Shown piece after piece: positions 1 to 9,484 of a stretch of 64,000 nt of DNA; within the stretch, counting starts at the first letter, position 1, and each line of letters opens with the position of its first letter. Origin of the DNA: an uncultured Gemmatimonadaceae bacterium. GTDB taxonomy: Bacteria > Gemmatimonadota > Gemmatimonadetes > Gemmatimonadales > Gemmatimonadaceae. Under the pieces are notes generated by a model. It made no database searches, was not told the origin of the DNA, and worked only from the letters and a program-made list of their open reading frames with translations. The DNA lies in contig CAVXGK010000001.1 of NCBI GenBank assembly GCA_963761305.1, forward strand, positions 1,216,001-1,280,000, read 5' to 3'. Position numbers and translations under genes: made by a program.

Positions 1-376
1 ACCGCGCGGTGCCGCCGGGAAGGAGCGGAAGATCGGGCACGTGTACTACGAGGTCGAGGAGCCAGTGACTCGGCACGAGCAGGACAACGGTCAAGGCTCC
101 ACGTAGATATTGCGTCGACGCGAAGTACAGAACCCCGAACGCGACGCCTGCGGCGAGCTCCGTGACCAACCCGTGCGACCACGGATAGCTCACGAAATCG
201 AGCGTGAGAAACGGATTGTGCTCCTTGGGCGCGATCCGGACCTGTTCGACACCGGCGAGCAGGAAGATCGGCCAGAGCAAATCGGCCAGCTGCGCCGCGA
301 CGAACGTCGTGCCGAGCGACGTGCGCGGCGCGGCACGTTTCGCGGCGAACGCGAGACCGAAATGGCCGATGAACAT
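1..376 (-). CDS. Membrane-bound metal-dependent hydrolase-like protein (3' end outside window)
   Basis: Not in the ORF track. My translation of the minus strand from ATG 376 gives MFIGHFGLAFAAKRAAPRTSLG...AQLADLLWP...YPWSHGL...SHWLLDLVVH, with the conserved GH/D/SH/SHxxLD pattern and hydrophobic helices. ORF 110..451(+) is its antisense shadow. Confidence 0.8.
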   Translation of the reverse strand, partial: MFIGHFGLAFAAKRAAPRTSLGTTFVAAQLADLLWPIFLLAGVEQVRIAPKEHNPFLTLDFVSYPWSHGLVTELAAGVAFGVLYFASTQYLRGALTVVLLVPSHWLLDLVVHVPDLPLLPGGTAR

Positions 377-694
377 TCAGACTCCGCGTGCGAGGCGAGG
401 GGATCGCCACCGGATGGAACGGTGGCGACGAGCCGAACGCGGCGTCCGTGATCGAACGGTGACGCGGCGGGGGCACGAGCCCTGAATATCTGGTGACGGG
501 CCCGCTCGAACAAGTTGACACAACTCGAACGAAACCGACACAACATCTCGCCAACGAACTCGTAGTCTCGGCTATCCAATCGAGCATGCGCGAGGAGGAT
601 CGCCATGACCAGTTTGTCCGCGAGACTGCGTTTGCAGGGTAGCGCCGGTGGGTCCGGCTCATCCACACACACGCCCGAGTTCGGGCACGTCGCC

Positions 695-1240
695 ATGACT
701 TCATTTGCTGGATTCGTTCGTCGCGCCGTCGTTGGCGGCGCGCTCGCCTGCGCTGTTTTCGCCCCGGCGGTCGCTGCGCAGAGCGCGCAAGTGATCGCGC
801 CCGACGCGCATCATTTCCTGTCTCCCGGCATGCAGGGATTCGAGATGCGCCGCCAGTTCGGTTTCGGCCACTTCATCACCGACAGCGCTCTGCGGGCCGC
901 GCCGGGGATGCGTTTGTCCAACCTGCTGGAGCGGCACATCCCAAGTCTCATGTTCGGCACGAACGGGGTTGCGGGCGAGTTCCCGATCTCGACGCGCGTC
1001 TGCGCCGGCGGTCTCTCCTGCGCCGCGCCGCGATGCTACGTGCGCGTGTTCGTCGACGGGATGCTGACGTTCGACGGGACGCCGCGCATGCGCGACATCG
1101 CAGGGGTCGACGTCGCGCATCTCCGACCGCAGGATTTTAGCGGCATCGAGTACTACGCGGGCGCCTCCGGGCTGCCGGCGCAGTACTCCGGGCAGAACAG
1201 CGACTGCGGAACGCTGTTGTTCTGGTCGCGCGAGACCTGA
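695..1240 (+). CDS. Secreted TonB-dependent receptor plug-like small protein (no beta-barrel)
   Basis: Signal peptide (AVAA/Q); GFEMRRQFGFGHFIT, C-x-VFVDG, GIEYY and CGTLLFW motifs resemble plug domains. Start could be 605 or 695. Confidence 0.6.
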   Translation: MTSFAGFVRRAVVGGALACAVFAPAVAAQSAQVIAPDAHHFLSPGMQGFEMRRQFGFGHFITDSALRAAPGMRLSNLLERHIPSLMFGTNGVAGEFPISTRVCAGGLSCAAPRCYVRVFVDGMLTFDGTPRMRDIAGVDVAHLRPQDFSGIEYYAGASGLPAQYSGQNSDCGTLLFWSRET

Positions 1241-1360
1241 CTCGGCGCTATCGCCTACCCGGCTCGGCCGTTCACCCTTGCCGCCTTCTTGAAGACGTTA
1301 CATATAGAATGGAGAGCGTATTCTAGAATAGCGGACGTATCTCGAGGGCCGGGGGATCCC

Positions 1361-1963
1361 ATGCCACGTCGTTTCACGTCGCTCAGACGCCGCGTGACCA
1401 CGCTTTCCAGCGTGGCGGCCGTCGCGCTGGCGCTTCCCCTTCGGCTCTCCGCGCAACACGCCGACTCGACTGCTACACAGATCGTCGCGCAGGCCGTGCG
1501 TCAGGCGCAGGCTGAGCACAAGAACGTGCTCGTGAAATTCGGGGCCTCGTGGTGTGGATGGTGTCACCGCTTCGACCGATTCCTCGAGTCTCCCGAGCCC
1601 GCGGGCCGGCTGATGCGGGACAACTTCGTCATCGTCCCGCTCACGGTGCTCGAAGCGCCGGACAAGAAGGCCCTCGAGACGCCGGGCGGAAACGAGCTGG
1701 ACGCCGCCATGGGAGGCAAGAACGCGGGACTACCGTGGTTCTACTTCCTCGATCAACAGGGCGCGAAGATCGGCGATGCGAACATCGTCCCCGCGACGGG
1801 AAACATGGGGTCGAACGTCGGGCATCCCGACACACCTCAGGAAGTCGCGGCGTTCGTCGCGCTGCTGGCGCGTGTCGGGCCGCACATGACCGCCCAGGAT
1901 CGCGAAACGATCGGCAAGTTCCTCACCGGCATGCACGACGGAATCACTCGCGCGACGCCGTAG
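1361..1963 (+). CDS. Secreted thioredoxin-family protein
   Basis: Signal peptide, FGASWCGWCH (CxxC) and GLP cis-Pro loop. Confidence 0.85.
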   Translation: MPRRFTSLRRRVTTLSSVAAVALALPLRLSAQHADSTATQIVAQAVRQAQAEHKNVLVKFGASWCGWCHRFDRFLESPEPAGRLMRDNFVIVPLTVLEAPDKKALETPGGNELDAAMGGKNAGLPWFYFLDQQGAKIGDANIVPATGNMGSNVGHPDTPQEVAAFVALLARVGPHMTAQDRETIGKFLTGMHDGITRATP

Positions 1964-2178
1964 GCCCCTGGTTGGCGTGAAGTGGACGTCATGCCGATCG
2001 ACGCCGAGGTGTATGACCCGAACGGCTCGACGTTCCAGACGACGATCGAGCACCGTCTCAATCCACCGACGGGAATCGAGACGCGCATGATCGGCGGAGC
2101 GTTCGACGACGGACGATTCGGGTTATCCGATGCCCGCGCGGGGTCAAGCGGGCATCGATTTTTCATCGCGGCCTCGGC

Positions 2179-4629
2179 TCAGCCCCCTCGTAGCGCCTGC
2201 GCCGGATCCGCGCGCACGGCTCGGCGCGAAGGCAACAGACACGCCAGTGTCGCCGTCGTGACGATCACTGCGGCGACGGCGAAGTATGTGGCCGCGTCCG
2301 TGGCCGTGACATGAAACAACAGCTTCGTCACCAAACGACTCGCCTCGAAGGCAATTCCGAACCCGATCACCAATCCGATCACCACCATGGCGAGCCCCTG
2401 TCGCGTGACGAGCGCGAGCACGCGCGCGGCCGTTGCACCGAGCGCAACTCGAAGCGCAATCTCCGGCAAACGTTGGGTGATTCCGTGTGCGATCACTCCC
2501 GCGAGCCCGACGGCGGTCAGTATCAACGCCACCGCGGCGAACGCGCCGAGCAACGCGGTCGTGAGGCGAGGCTCTGCGAGCTGCGCCCCGCGCACTTCCT
2601 CCAAGGTTTGAACGGCCGACACGGGTTGCTGCGGATCCACGTCGTGCACGGCGGCGCCGAGCGCCTTGATGACCGGCGGCATCGGGCCGTTCGTGCGCAA
2701 GAAGACGCGAAAGTCTCCAATTCCTTGAGTCGCGACCGGTACGTACACCTCGTCGGTAACGTCCTGATCGATCCCGCGAACCCGAACATCGCCGACCACG
2801 CCGACGACGGTGAACCAATGTTTACCGCTGTCCGGGCTGATGCGTGTCCCGATCGGATCGCGTGAGCTCCAGTACGTGCTGGCGAGGCGGCGACTCAGAA
2901 TCACCGGCGGCGCCAGCGTGTCGCGATCTGCGCCATTGAACGCGCGACCGCGGAGCAACGGCACGCCAACAGCGCGGAAATAGTCGGGGCTCACGGCCGT
3001 AAAGTCGGCGTGCGGACCGCGCACACCCGGGGCAGTCGACGCGCGTTCGATCTCGAAGCTGACGTCCGACGGGCGGCCGGTCGCCAGCGGGAGTGTGCTG
3101 GCGAGCGCCGCGACGGACACGCCCGGCAACGCCGTGACCCGTTCGAGAACCGCGTCACCAAAGTTCCGCGACTGTTGTGCCTCCCTGTACTTCGTGAAGT
3201 TCAACGTCAGCCGGGCGGTCAACACGTGGCTCACATCAACGCCGGCGTCTACTCGTTCGAGCTCCATGAGGCTCCGACCGATCAACCCCGCTCCGACGAG
3301 CATGACGACCGAGATCGCCACCTGCGCCGCGACGAGTACTCGGCGCATGCGGTGTTCTCCGCCGGCCGCCATCGACCCGGTGCTCCCCTGTCGCAGCGTA
3401 TCGGCGATGGTCCGACGCGGATTAAACAGGAACGGAACAGCGGCGACGACGAGCGCGATCACGACGCAGGTCGCAAGCGCGAACAGGAACACGGTTCCAT
3501 TCATTCGAATCTCATCGGCGCGCGGCGTGAGCCGGGCGGCGGTGGCGCGGAGAAGTCCGACACCACTTGACGCGAGCATCACGCCGGCCAAACCGCCGCC
3601 GGCGGCGAGGAGCAGACTCTCGAGCGCGAGTTGGCGGTAGAGACGCGAGTTTCCCGCGCCCAACGCGACGCGCACGGCGAGCTCGCGCGAGCGGCGTACC
3701 TGTCGCGACAGGCTCAAGTTGATCACGTTCGCCACGGCAGCGAGAAGCAGAAATGCGGCCGTCGCGAGCAGGAGAAGCAGCACGGGCTTGGCGCGAGCCG
3801 TCATCTCCTCGCGCGCGCTTTCGACGGCAAACCGGAACCGTTGCGAGGCCGGATAGGCTGCCGGGTATTCGGCGTGATATCGGCCGGCGAGCGCGACGAG
3901 CTCCGTGCGCGCGCGATCGAGCGACGCTCCGGGGCGAAGCACGGCGTACGCGTCCACCATGTGCATGCCGCGGTCGTTCATCATCATCGGCGCCGAGCGG
4001 AAGGGGCAGGCCCCGGCCGGCATGAAGATCTCGTCTCGCCCGGGATAGCCGGCCATCGGCGGCAGCACGCCGACGACGGTGTGCACCTTGTCGTTCATCG
4101 TGAACTTCGCGCCGATAATCGCCGAATCGCCGTGGAACTGGTCCATCCAGAATTGATGCGTCAGCACCACGACGGGCGGCGCGCCAACAGCTTCCTCTCC
4201 CGGGAGAAACGTGCGGCCAATGACCGCTCTCACTCCGAGCATGTCGAAGAACTTGTCGGAGACGACCCCCGTCTGAACACGCAACGGCTCGCCGTATCCA
4301 TACAATTGAAAGGACATACTATGATACTCGGCGACGCCGCCCATCGTGTGCAGGTCGCGGCCGAGGTCGCGAACCTCGAGCACAGAAAACCCGTCGTTCT
4401 CGGATTGCGCCGACGGCTGGCTCAGATGGACGAAGCGATCCCCGCTGCCGATGGGGAGCGCGTGCAACAGCACGCCGTTCACCATCGAGAAGATCGCCGT
4501 GCTGGCGGCGACTCCGAGGGCGAGGGTCAGCACGGCCGCGACCGTGAATCCAGGCGATTTACGGAGCGCGCGAGCGGCGTAGCGCGTGTCGCGGCGGATG
4601 GCATCGAGGTATGCGCGAACGTCGAACAT
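2179..4629 (-). CDS. ADOP-type duplicated ABC permease (MacB/FtsX domains x2)
   Basis: RALRKSPGFTVAAVLTLALG start, two RxRELAVR/EIALRVALGA motifs, C-terminal PSRRAVRADP. ATG 4629 with GGGAGG RBS. Confidence 0.9.
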   Translation of the reverse strand: MFDVRAYLDAIRRDTRYAARALRKSPGFTVAAVLTLALGVAASTAIFSMVNGVLLHALPIGSGDRFVHLSQPSAQSENDGFSVLEVRDLGRDLHTMGGVAEYHSMSFQLYGYGEPLRVQTGVVSDKFFDMLGVRAVIGRTFLPGEEAVGAPPVVVLTHQFWMDQFHGDSAIIGAKFTMNDKVHTVVGVLPPMAGYPGRDEIFMPAGACPFRSAPMMMNDRGMHMVDAYAVLRPGASLDRARTELVALAGRYHAEYPAAYPASQRFRFAVESAREEMTARAKPVLLLLLATAAFLLLAAVANVINLSLSRQVRRSRELAVRVALGAGNSRLYRQLALESLLLAAGGGLAGVMLASSGVGLLRATAARLTPRADEIRMNGTVFLFALATCVVIALVVAAVPFLFNPRRTIADTLRQGSTGSMAAGGEHRMRRVLVAAQVAISVVMLVGAGLIGRSLMELERVDAGVDVSHVLTARLTLNFTKYREAQQSRNFGDAVLERVTALPGVSVAALASTLPLATGRPSDVSFEIERASTAPGVRGPHADFTAVSPDYFRAVGVPLLRGRAFNGADRDTLAPPVILSRRLASTYWSSRDPIGTRISPDSGKHWFTVVGVVGDVRVRGIDQDVTDEVYVPVATQGIGDFRVFLRTNGPMPPVIKALGAAVHDVDPQQPVSAVQTLEEVRGAQLAEPRLTTALLGAFAAVALILTAVGLAGVIAHGITQRLPEIALRVALGATAARVLALVTRQGLAMVVIGLVIGFGIAFEASRLVTKLLFHVTATDAATYFAVAAVIVTTATLACLLPSRRAVRADPAQALRGG

Positions 4630-4643
4630 GGTGCCTCCCCTTT

Positions 4644-5636
4644 TTACTGCGCAAACGGTTTGCTGACGAGATCGAATCGGGCTCGATAGTGCTTCGGCGA
4701 GACGCCGAACCGCCGCTCGAACGCGCGGCGAAATGCGTCGTCGCTCGCGTACCCGACGGATCGCGCGACGGCGTCGATGTTCACGCGACGGGCGGCGAGG
4801 CGGCGACAGGCCTCGGTGAGCCGCGTCTCCTCGACGAACGCCGCCGGCGTGACGTCGAAACGATCCTTGAACGCGCGAGCGAAATGCCGCACGCTGAGAC
4901 AGGCGCGGTCGGCGAGCGCCTCGACGGAGAGATCGGAACGCAGGTGCGCCGGAATCCACGCCGCCAGGTCGGCGAACCGGTCTGTGGCCTCGACCTGAAA
5001 GCGAAGCGGCTCGGAATACTGATTCTGTCCGCCGGTCCGCTTGAGGTAAACGACCATCTCGCGCGCGACGGCCAGCGCGGTCTCTGGACCGAGGTCCTCC
5101 TCGACCATCGCGAGGGCGAGGTCGACCCCGGCGGTAATTCCAGCCGAGGTGTAGAAGGGGCCGTCCTTTCTATAGAGGGCGTCGTGATCGACGCGGAGGT
5201 TCGGGAAGGCGCGCTGCACTCTGTCGGCATGCGCCCAGTGGGTCGCCACGTCGCGTCCGTCGAGCAGCCCAGTGGGCGCCAGGCCGTAAATGCCCGTGCA
5301 GACGCTGGCGATGCGGCGAATCTCGGGCGCCCGCGACGCGATCCAGCGCGCCACACGCTCGGCGGCGCCAGGACGCCGCAGGCCGGTGCCACCGGGAACG
5401 ATCAGTGTGTCGAGCTGAATCGTGGTGGGGATGACGTGCGCCGTCGTGAACGTGAGTCCTGAGCTCGCCGTGAAGCGGCGGCCGTGGAGCCCGATGACGA
5501 CGACCTCGTACGGCGGCCCGCCGTTGCGAAGCTCCGGCGCGTCGAGCGCGTCGGATCGAAACACGTCGGCCGGGCCCACGAGGTCGAGCGCCTGAAGGCC
5601 GTCGAAGCCGAGAATCCCGATCCGGCGAGTTGTCAT
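4644..5636 (-). CDS. GlxA-family AraC regulator with DJ-1/PfpI domain
   Basis: IASVCTG, ATHW, TSAGITAGVD, KRTGGQNQYS and a C-terminal double HTH. Confidence 0.92.
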   Translation of the reverse strand: MTTRRIGILGFDGLQALDLVGPADVFRSDALDAPELRNGGPPYEVVVIGLHGRRFTASSGLTFTTAHVIPTTIQLDTLIVPGGTGLRRPGAAERVARWIASRAPEIRRIASVCTGIYGLAPTGLLDGRDVATHWAHADRVQRAFPNLRVDHDALYRKDGPFYTSAGITAGVDLALAMVEEDLGPETALAVAREMVVYLKRTGGQNQYSEPLRFQVEATDRFADLAAWIPAHLRSDLSVEALADRACLSVRHFARAFKDRFDVTPAAFVEETRLTEACRRLAARRVNIDAVARSVGYASDDAFRRAFERRFGVSPKHYRARFDLVSKPFAQ

Positions 5637-5757
5637 TCGTCTTTCCACCGATTTGCTGGTGGATACTACGGTGCGGCCGCGATGTCCTCAATGACCATGT
5701 TCCGACGATTTCGGCCATGGGCCCGGCGCCACCGCCGCTGGACGAAAGCAGCCGCTA

Positions 5758-6186
5758 AGAACCACGGACCTCTACGCCGAGTTGGACCGTGTCACGCCCG
5801 ACTCGCTCAAGTACGTGCTGACGGATCTCTTCACCGAGATGACGTTCTGCGACAACAAGGCCGACACCGCCACGACGACCAAGCGCGCCGACGGGACGTG
5901 GGCCGTCCATCTCGTGCTCGATGCGAAGAGACTCAAGGGCGACTCACTCGGCACGACGCACGAAGTGCCGATCGCCGACTACATCGACGTCGGGGTGTTC
6001 GGCGACCGCGTGCCGGGCCAGAAGCTCGGCGAACCGCTGCTGGTGAAGAAGGTGAAGATCACACAGTCGGTGACGGTGCTCGATCTCGTCGTGGCGAAGG
6101 AGCCGCACAAGGCGGGGATCGATCCGTACAACAAACTCATCGACCGCACGCCCGAGGACAACGTGACCGCGGTAAAGCGGCAATAG
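5758..6186 (+). pseudogene. Orphan C-terminal fragment of an ABC-permease/M1 aminopeptidase-type protein
   Basis: RTTDLYAELDRVTPDSLKYVLTDLF...DYIDVGVF...AGIDPYNKLIDR is a recognisable C-terminal domain. In-frame stop at 5692 and no catalytic HEXXH part upstream. Confidence 0.65.
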
Positions 6187-7330
6187 GAACGCGGCCGGTG
6201 ATCTCAGCTTGGTTGGCGGCACCATCGCACCGGATGGCGCGTTCACCGCACCATACGCGCTGATCACCCCTCTTTTCGCCGCGATTGCCGCTGTTTGAGC
6301 AAATGATCACCGGACCGGTCGCGCCGGTTGCCGATTTGGTTGCGCCGGTCGACGCATCAGACGCGCCTGGCAGTCGGACGGTTGCGACGGTCAACGCGTT
6401 GGCCGAGCCGGCCATTCGACCCGTCGTGACGATCAACGCATTGGAACGCGTCGTCACCGCATCGATCGAAACCGTCAGCCGACCTGTCGTCTGCGTCCCC
6501 GATGCTCTCACGCACGGACACCCGGCCAGAACGCACGATCGCCGCACTCGTCCATCCAGCCGTCGGAGCGGATTAACCAGTTTTTTCAGTAGTTGGCTCG
6601 GCACCGGCCGTACCTGTTCGTGCATCCGACTCGTTTCATCGATCAACTCATCGCCACCAAGGAAAACTTCACCGCCGCCGGCGACGAGTTGGGTTTTCGG
6701 GCCGATGAGCTGACCGTTCGGGTCTAGACACCCAACCGGTTGCGTTGCAGAGATCACCGCCCACGTCGCCTGAAGTCATTGGTCGAATCGGACGATTCGA
6801 CCGGCCGACAGGAAGAATTCATCGAGAACACTGCGGGATTGATCGTACTTCACTCCGAAGGTCAATCGATTCACCCCGCGGTCATCGTTCCACACTGTGC
6901 GCAGTAGTCGACTCACTGCGCGGTCCAGCGTACTCAGTCCCGAGCTCACCGGTTCACACCTGCGAACGAATCGGCCGCAGCGCATGAGCGAGTGCCATCG
7001 TCGCCGAGCCAACCTCTCCCGCTTGCACAGGCCATCGCGACCGTCGCTCGGTTCATCGGCATTGGCCATAGGATCACCGCGCCGGCCGCTGAGCTGACGC
7101 AACCACTGCGGAATCCGGACCGGAACGCGCGCCGAGTTGTGTGGGCCGCGAGAATTGGCATCGGTCGCCATCCATCGCGCACCGCCACCGGCGCGCGAAT
7201 GACCGGTCGGCCGAGCGGAGATCGGTGCGACGGGCCGCCCATCGCCACCATTCCACAGGCCATCGCCACCGTTCCGTGGTGCTTCGCCACCAACAATTGT
7301 TCAATCGCCACCGGCTTCAGGCAGGCTTCG
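6187..7330. repeat. Degenerate 21-bp-period tandem region without a convincing continuous ORF
   Basis: Units at 6318, 6339, 6360, 6381, 6402, 6423, 6444, 6465 (e.g. gtcgcgccggttgccgatttg / gttgcgccggtcgacgcatca / gttgcgacggtcaacgcgttg). (a/t)tcgccacc recurs at 7241, 7262, 7283 and 7304. Confidence 0.6.
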
Positions 7331-7372
7331 CGCAGCACCACCCCCCTTCCCCCATAACCCCTCGACTCTCCC

Positions 7373-7816
7373 CCCTCTACTTGTGTCTTAGCCGCGGGAC
7401 GCGTTTTGGGTACATCGCCTAACCGTCGTGAGAGGTTATCAGCGTCAGGACAGCGTCAGGGCGGGCTATAAAGTCGTTCAATCGGACTTTTGGAAGAAAC
7501 CCGAACTACTCCCGCCACTCTCGCAGCGCCGCGGGCAGCCCGGAATTAACTCAGTCTGCGAGGGGAAAACTTCAGGCCACCCAAGTGATCTCCTAGATAA
7601 ACTAGGAAAGAGATGCCAAGCGCGACTTTCCTAGGTTATCAAGGAGAGCACGGGTTCGCGCCGCGGCCTTTCGTTGATTTGCGCGCGCGTCGAGCGCCAA
7701 GAACGCGTCATTTTGACCGCTCAGGAGAAGCTAAAGTTCTCCAATAAGGCTTTTACACCTCGGCAAAAGTGCCCTGCCACCAAAACGCGGTTCGCGGATA
7801 AGACACAAGTAGAGGG
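7373..7816. mobile_element. MITE-like or structured non-coding element with 37-bp terminal inverted repeats
   Basis: 7373-7409 is the reverse complement of 7780-7816 with 4 mismatches. Internal 21-bp IR at 7590-7610/7626-7646 (2 mismatches). No transposase and visibly lower GC than the flanks. Confidence 0.6.
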
Positions 7817-7962
7817 ACGCGTGCTCGGACTGTCGTTCGCAGGTCAGCGTGGAGGCTCGGGGTGGGACTATCCTCCGCGGAAGATCCGGGCGGCTCGGGC
7901 GCGTGAACAACTACCGCGAATCGATCGGATCCGCGCGCAGATGGGCGAACAAAGGGACTGAG

Positions 7963-9312
7963 CTACGGCTTCCGGCCGGGGACGCTGTAGAGGAATCCCG
8001 TGTACTGCATCTCCTCCCACGTCTGGTCGCCCCACTTCACGTCCTTGCTCGGATCGGGATTGCTCTTGTTCGTCGCCGAGTTGTCGTACCAGGCGGTGGA
8101 CATGATCTTGGAGCCCGGCGCGAGGTCGAGCGGCTTGTCGAACAGGTAGTACGTCTGCCAGTTGAAGTCGTAGTGCGGCATGTCGAGGATGACTTCCGAC
8201 GTGCTGTCCGGCTTCACGAGCATGTAGCGCCAGCGCGTGCCGCGCAGGTGCGTGTGCGGGAAGAGGCCCCAAATGCGCACCGGCTGCCCGGCCGTGATCT
8301 CCGCCGGCACGGCGACGTCCTTCTGCCCCGCAGGAATCGTGAACGCGCCGTTTACGAACTGCGAGGCAAAGATCTCTTCCTGCGGCTTTTCGGCCGCGAA
8401 GCGGAATCCGACGCGCGAGCGATCCGTCATCTCGTGGCCGTGGGCCGTGTAGTGCATCTGGAACGTCAGGACGGTGCCGGCGCGCAAGCGGAGCGCAGTG
8501 CCCTTCGCGAACTCGACGACGTTGGTGCCCGGCGCAGTCGTGCCGATGAGCGCACCGAGACGGCGTGGCGGTGCGTGCAGCGTGTCGGTGCGCGGCGCGT
8601 CAGGTGGAATCCCCTGCGCGCGGTTGAAGATCAGGACCGGCATCACGGCCGGCGCGCCGGCGAGACGAGGGGCTGGCGCAGCCGGCGCGGCGCCGGGTAC
8701 GGGCGGCACGTTCGCGTAGACGAGGACATGGTGCACGACCTCGCGGGCACCCGGCTGAATCTCGATCGCCTGGACCCATTTGTCTTCGGTGAGATTCGTC
8801 GGGACGGTGAAGTACTGATACTCGATCATGCCGGACGCCGGGACGGTGAAATCCTCCGGCATGCTCACGACCATATCGGGCGTGCCGATCGCCCACGTGC
8901 TCGGATAGTCGGGCTTGGGCGGCAGGTCCTTCGGATCTCCTTGCTGGGCGCCGGCGGCGATCCAATCGAGAATCATCTGCTTGTCGGCGTCGGAGAGACG
9001 CCGATCGTTGCGGAAGACGCCGTGCGGACCCTCGGCGTGCCACGGCGGCATCTGGCCACTCGAGACGGCGTCTTCGATCTTGTCGGTTTGCGCCTTCGCG
9101 CTGTCGTAGTCGACGAGTGAGAAGGGACCGAGGCCGCCCGGATGGTGGCAGCTCGCGCAATTCTTGTAGACGATTGGCGCGACGTCCTTCGAGAACGTCG
9201 GCGCGGCGTGGCGCGGCGACGGACCCGATCGGCGCGCGAACGCGACGGCAATAAGTGCGGCGATGGCGACGGCGGCAAGCTGCGCGGCGCGAGTGAATCG
9301 TCGTTGAATCAT
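7963..9312 (-). CDS. Secreted c-type cytochrome fused to a copper type II (PHM/DBH-like) monooxygenase domain
   Basis: Signal/anchor, CASCH heme motif, MPPW, then VVHHVL...QMHY (CuH) and PHTHLRG...EEM (CuM). Confidence 0.8.
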   Translation of the reverse strand: MIQRRFTRAAQLAAVAIAALIAVAFARRSGPSPRHAAPTFSKDVAPIVYKNCASCHHPGGLGPFSLVDYDSAKAQTDKIEDAVSSGQMPPWHAEGPHGVFRNDRRLSDADKQMILDWIAAGAQQGDPKDLPPKPDYPSTWAIGTPDMVVSMPEDFTVPASGMIEYQYFTVPTNLTEDKWVQAIEIQPGAREVVHHVLVYANVPPVPGAAPAAPAPRLAGAPAVMPVLIFNRAQGIPPDAPRTDTLHAPPRRLGALIGTTAPGTNVVEFAKGTALRLRAGTVLTFQMHYTAHGHEMTDRSRVGFRFAAEKPQEEIFASQFVNGAFTIPAGQKDVAVPAEITAGQPVRIWGLFPHTHLRGTRWRYMLVKPDSTSEVILDMPHYDFNWQTYYLFDKPLDLAPGSKIMSTAWYDNSATNKSNPDPSKDVKWGDQTWEEMQYTGFLYSVPGRKP

Positions 9313-9484
9313 TATGGAAGGGGCTGTCGTCGGGGAGGCATCGGGCGGATCTGTAAAGAATCGGCTTCGCGCCCGACGGCGCAAGGCTGACGGTCGCTGG
9401 GGCAAGCCGGCGCGGCCATCTGGCCGCCCTTACCGGACCCAGCGTACGTTAGCGGAGCCGTCCGACCCCTCCGATGGAGCTACA

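Noticed and set aside
1319..1330. Perfect 12-bp palindrome TATTCTAGAATA upstream of the thioredoxin gene
   Set aside because: Single occurrence with no assignable regulator; may simply be overlapping -10 boxes.
7379..7392. Similarity of ACTTGTGT to the IS50/Tn5 end sequence
   Set aside because: Only about 10 bp match, the orientation is opposite to that expected for element ends, and no IS4-family transposase is nearby.
7373..7816. Possible tmRNA, RNase P RNA or group II intron
   Set aside because: No tRNA-like GGGG...CCA ends, no GAGGAAAGTCC motif and no domain V consensus seen on either strand.
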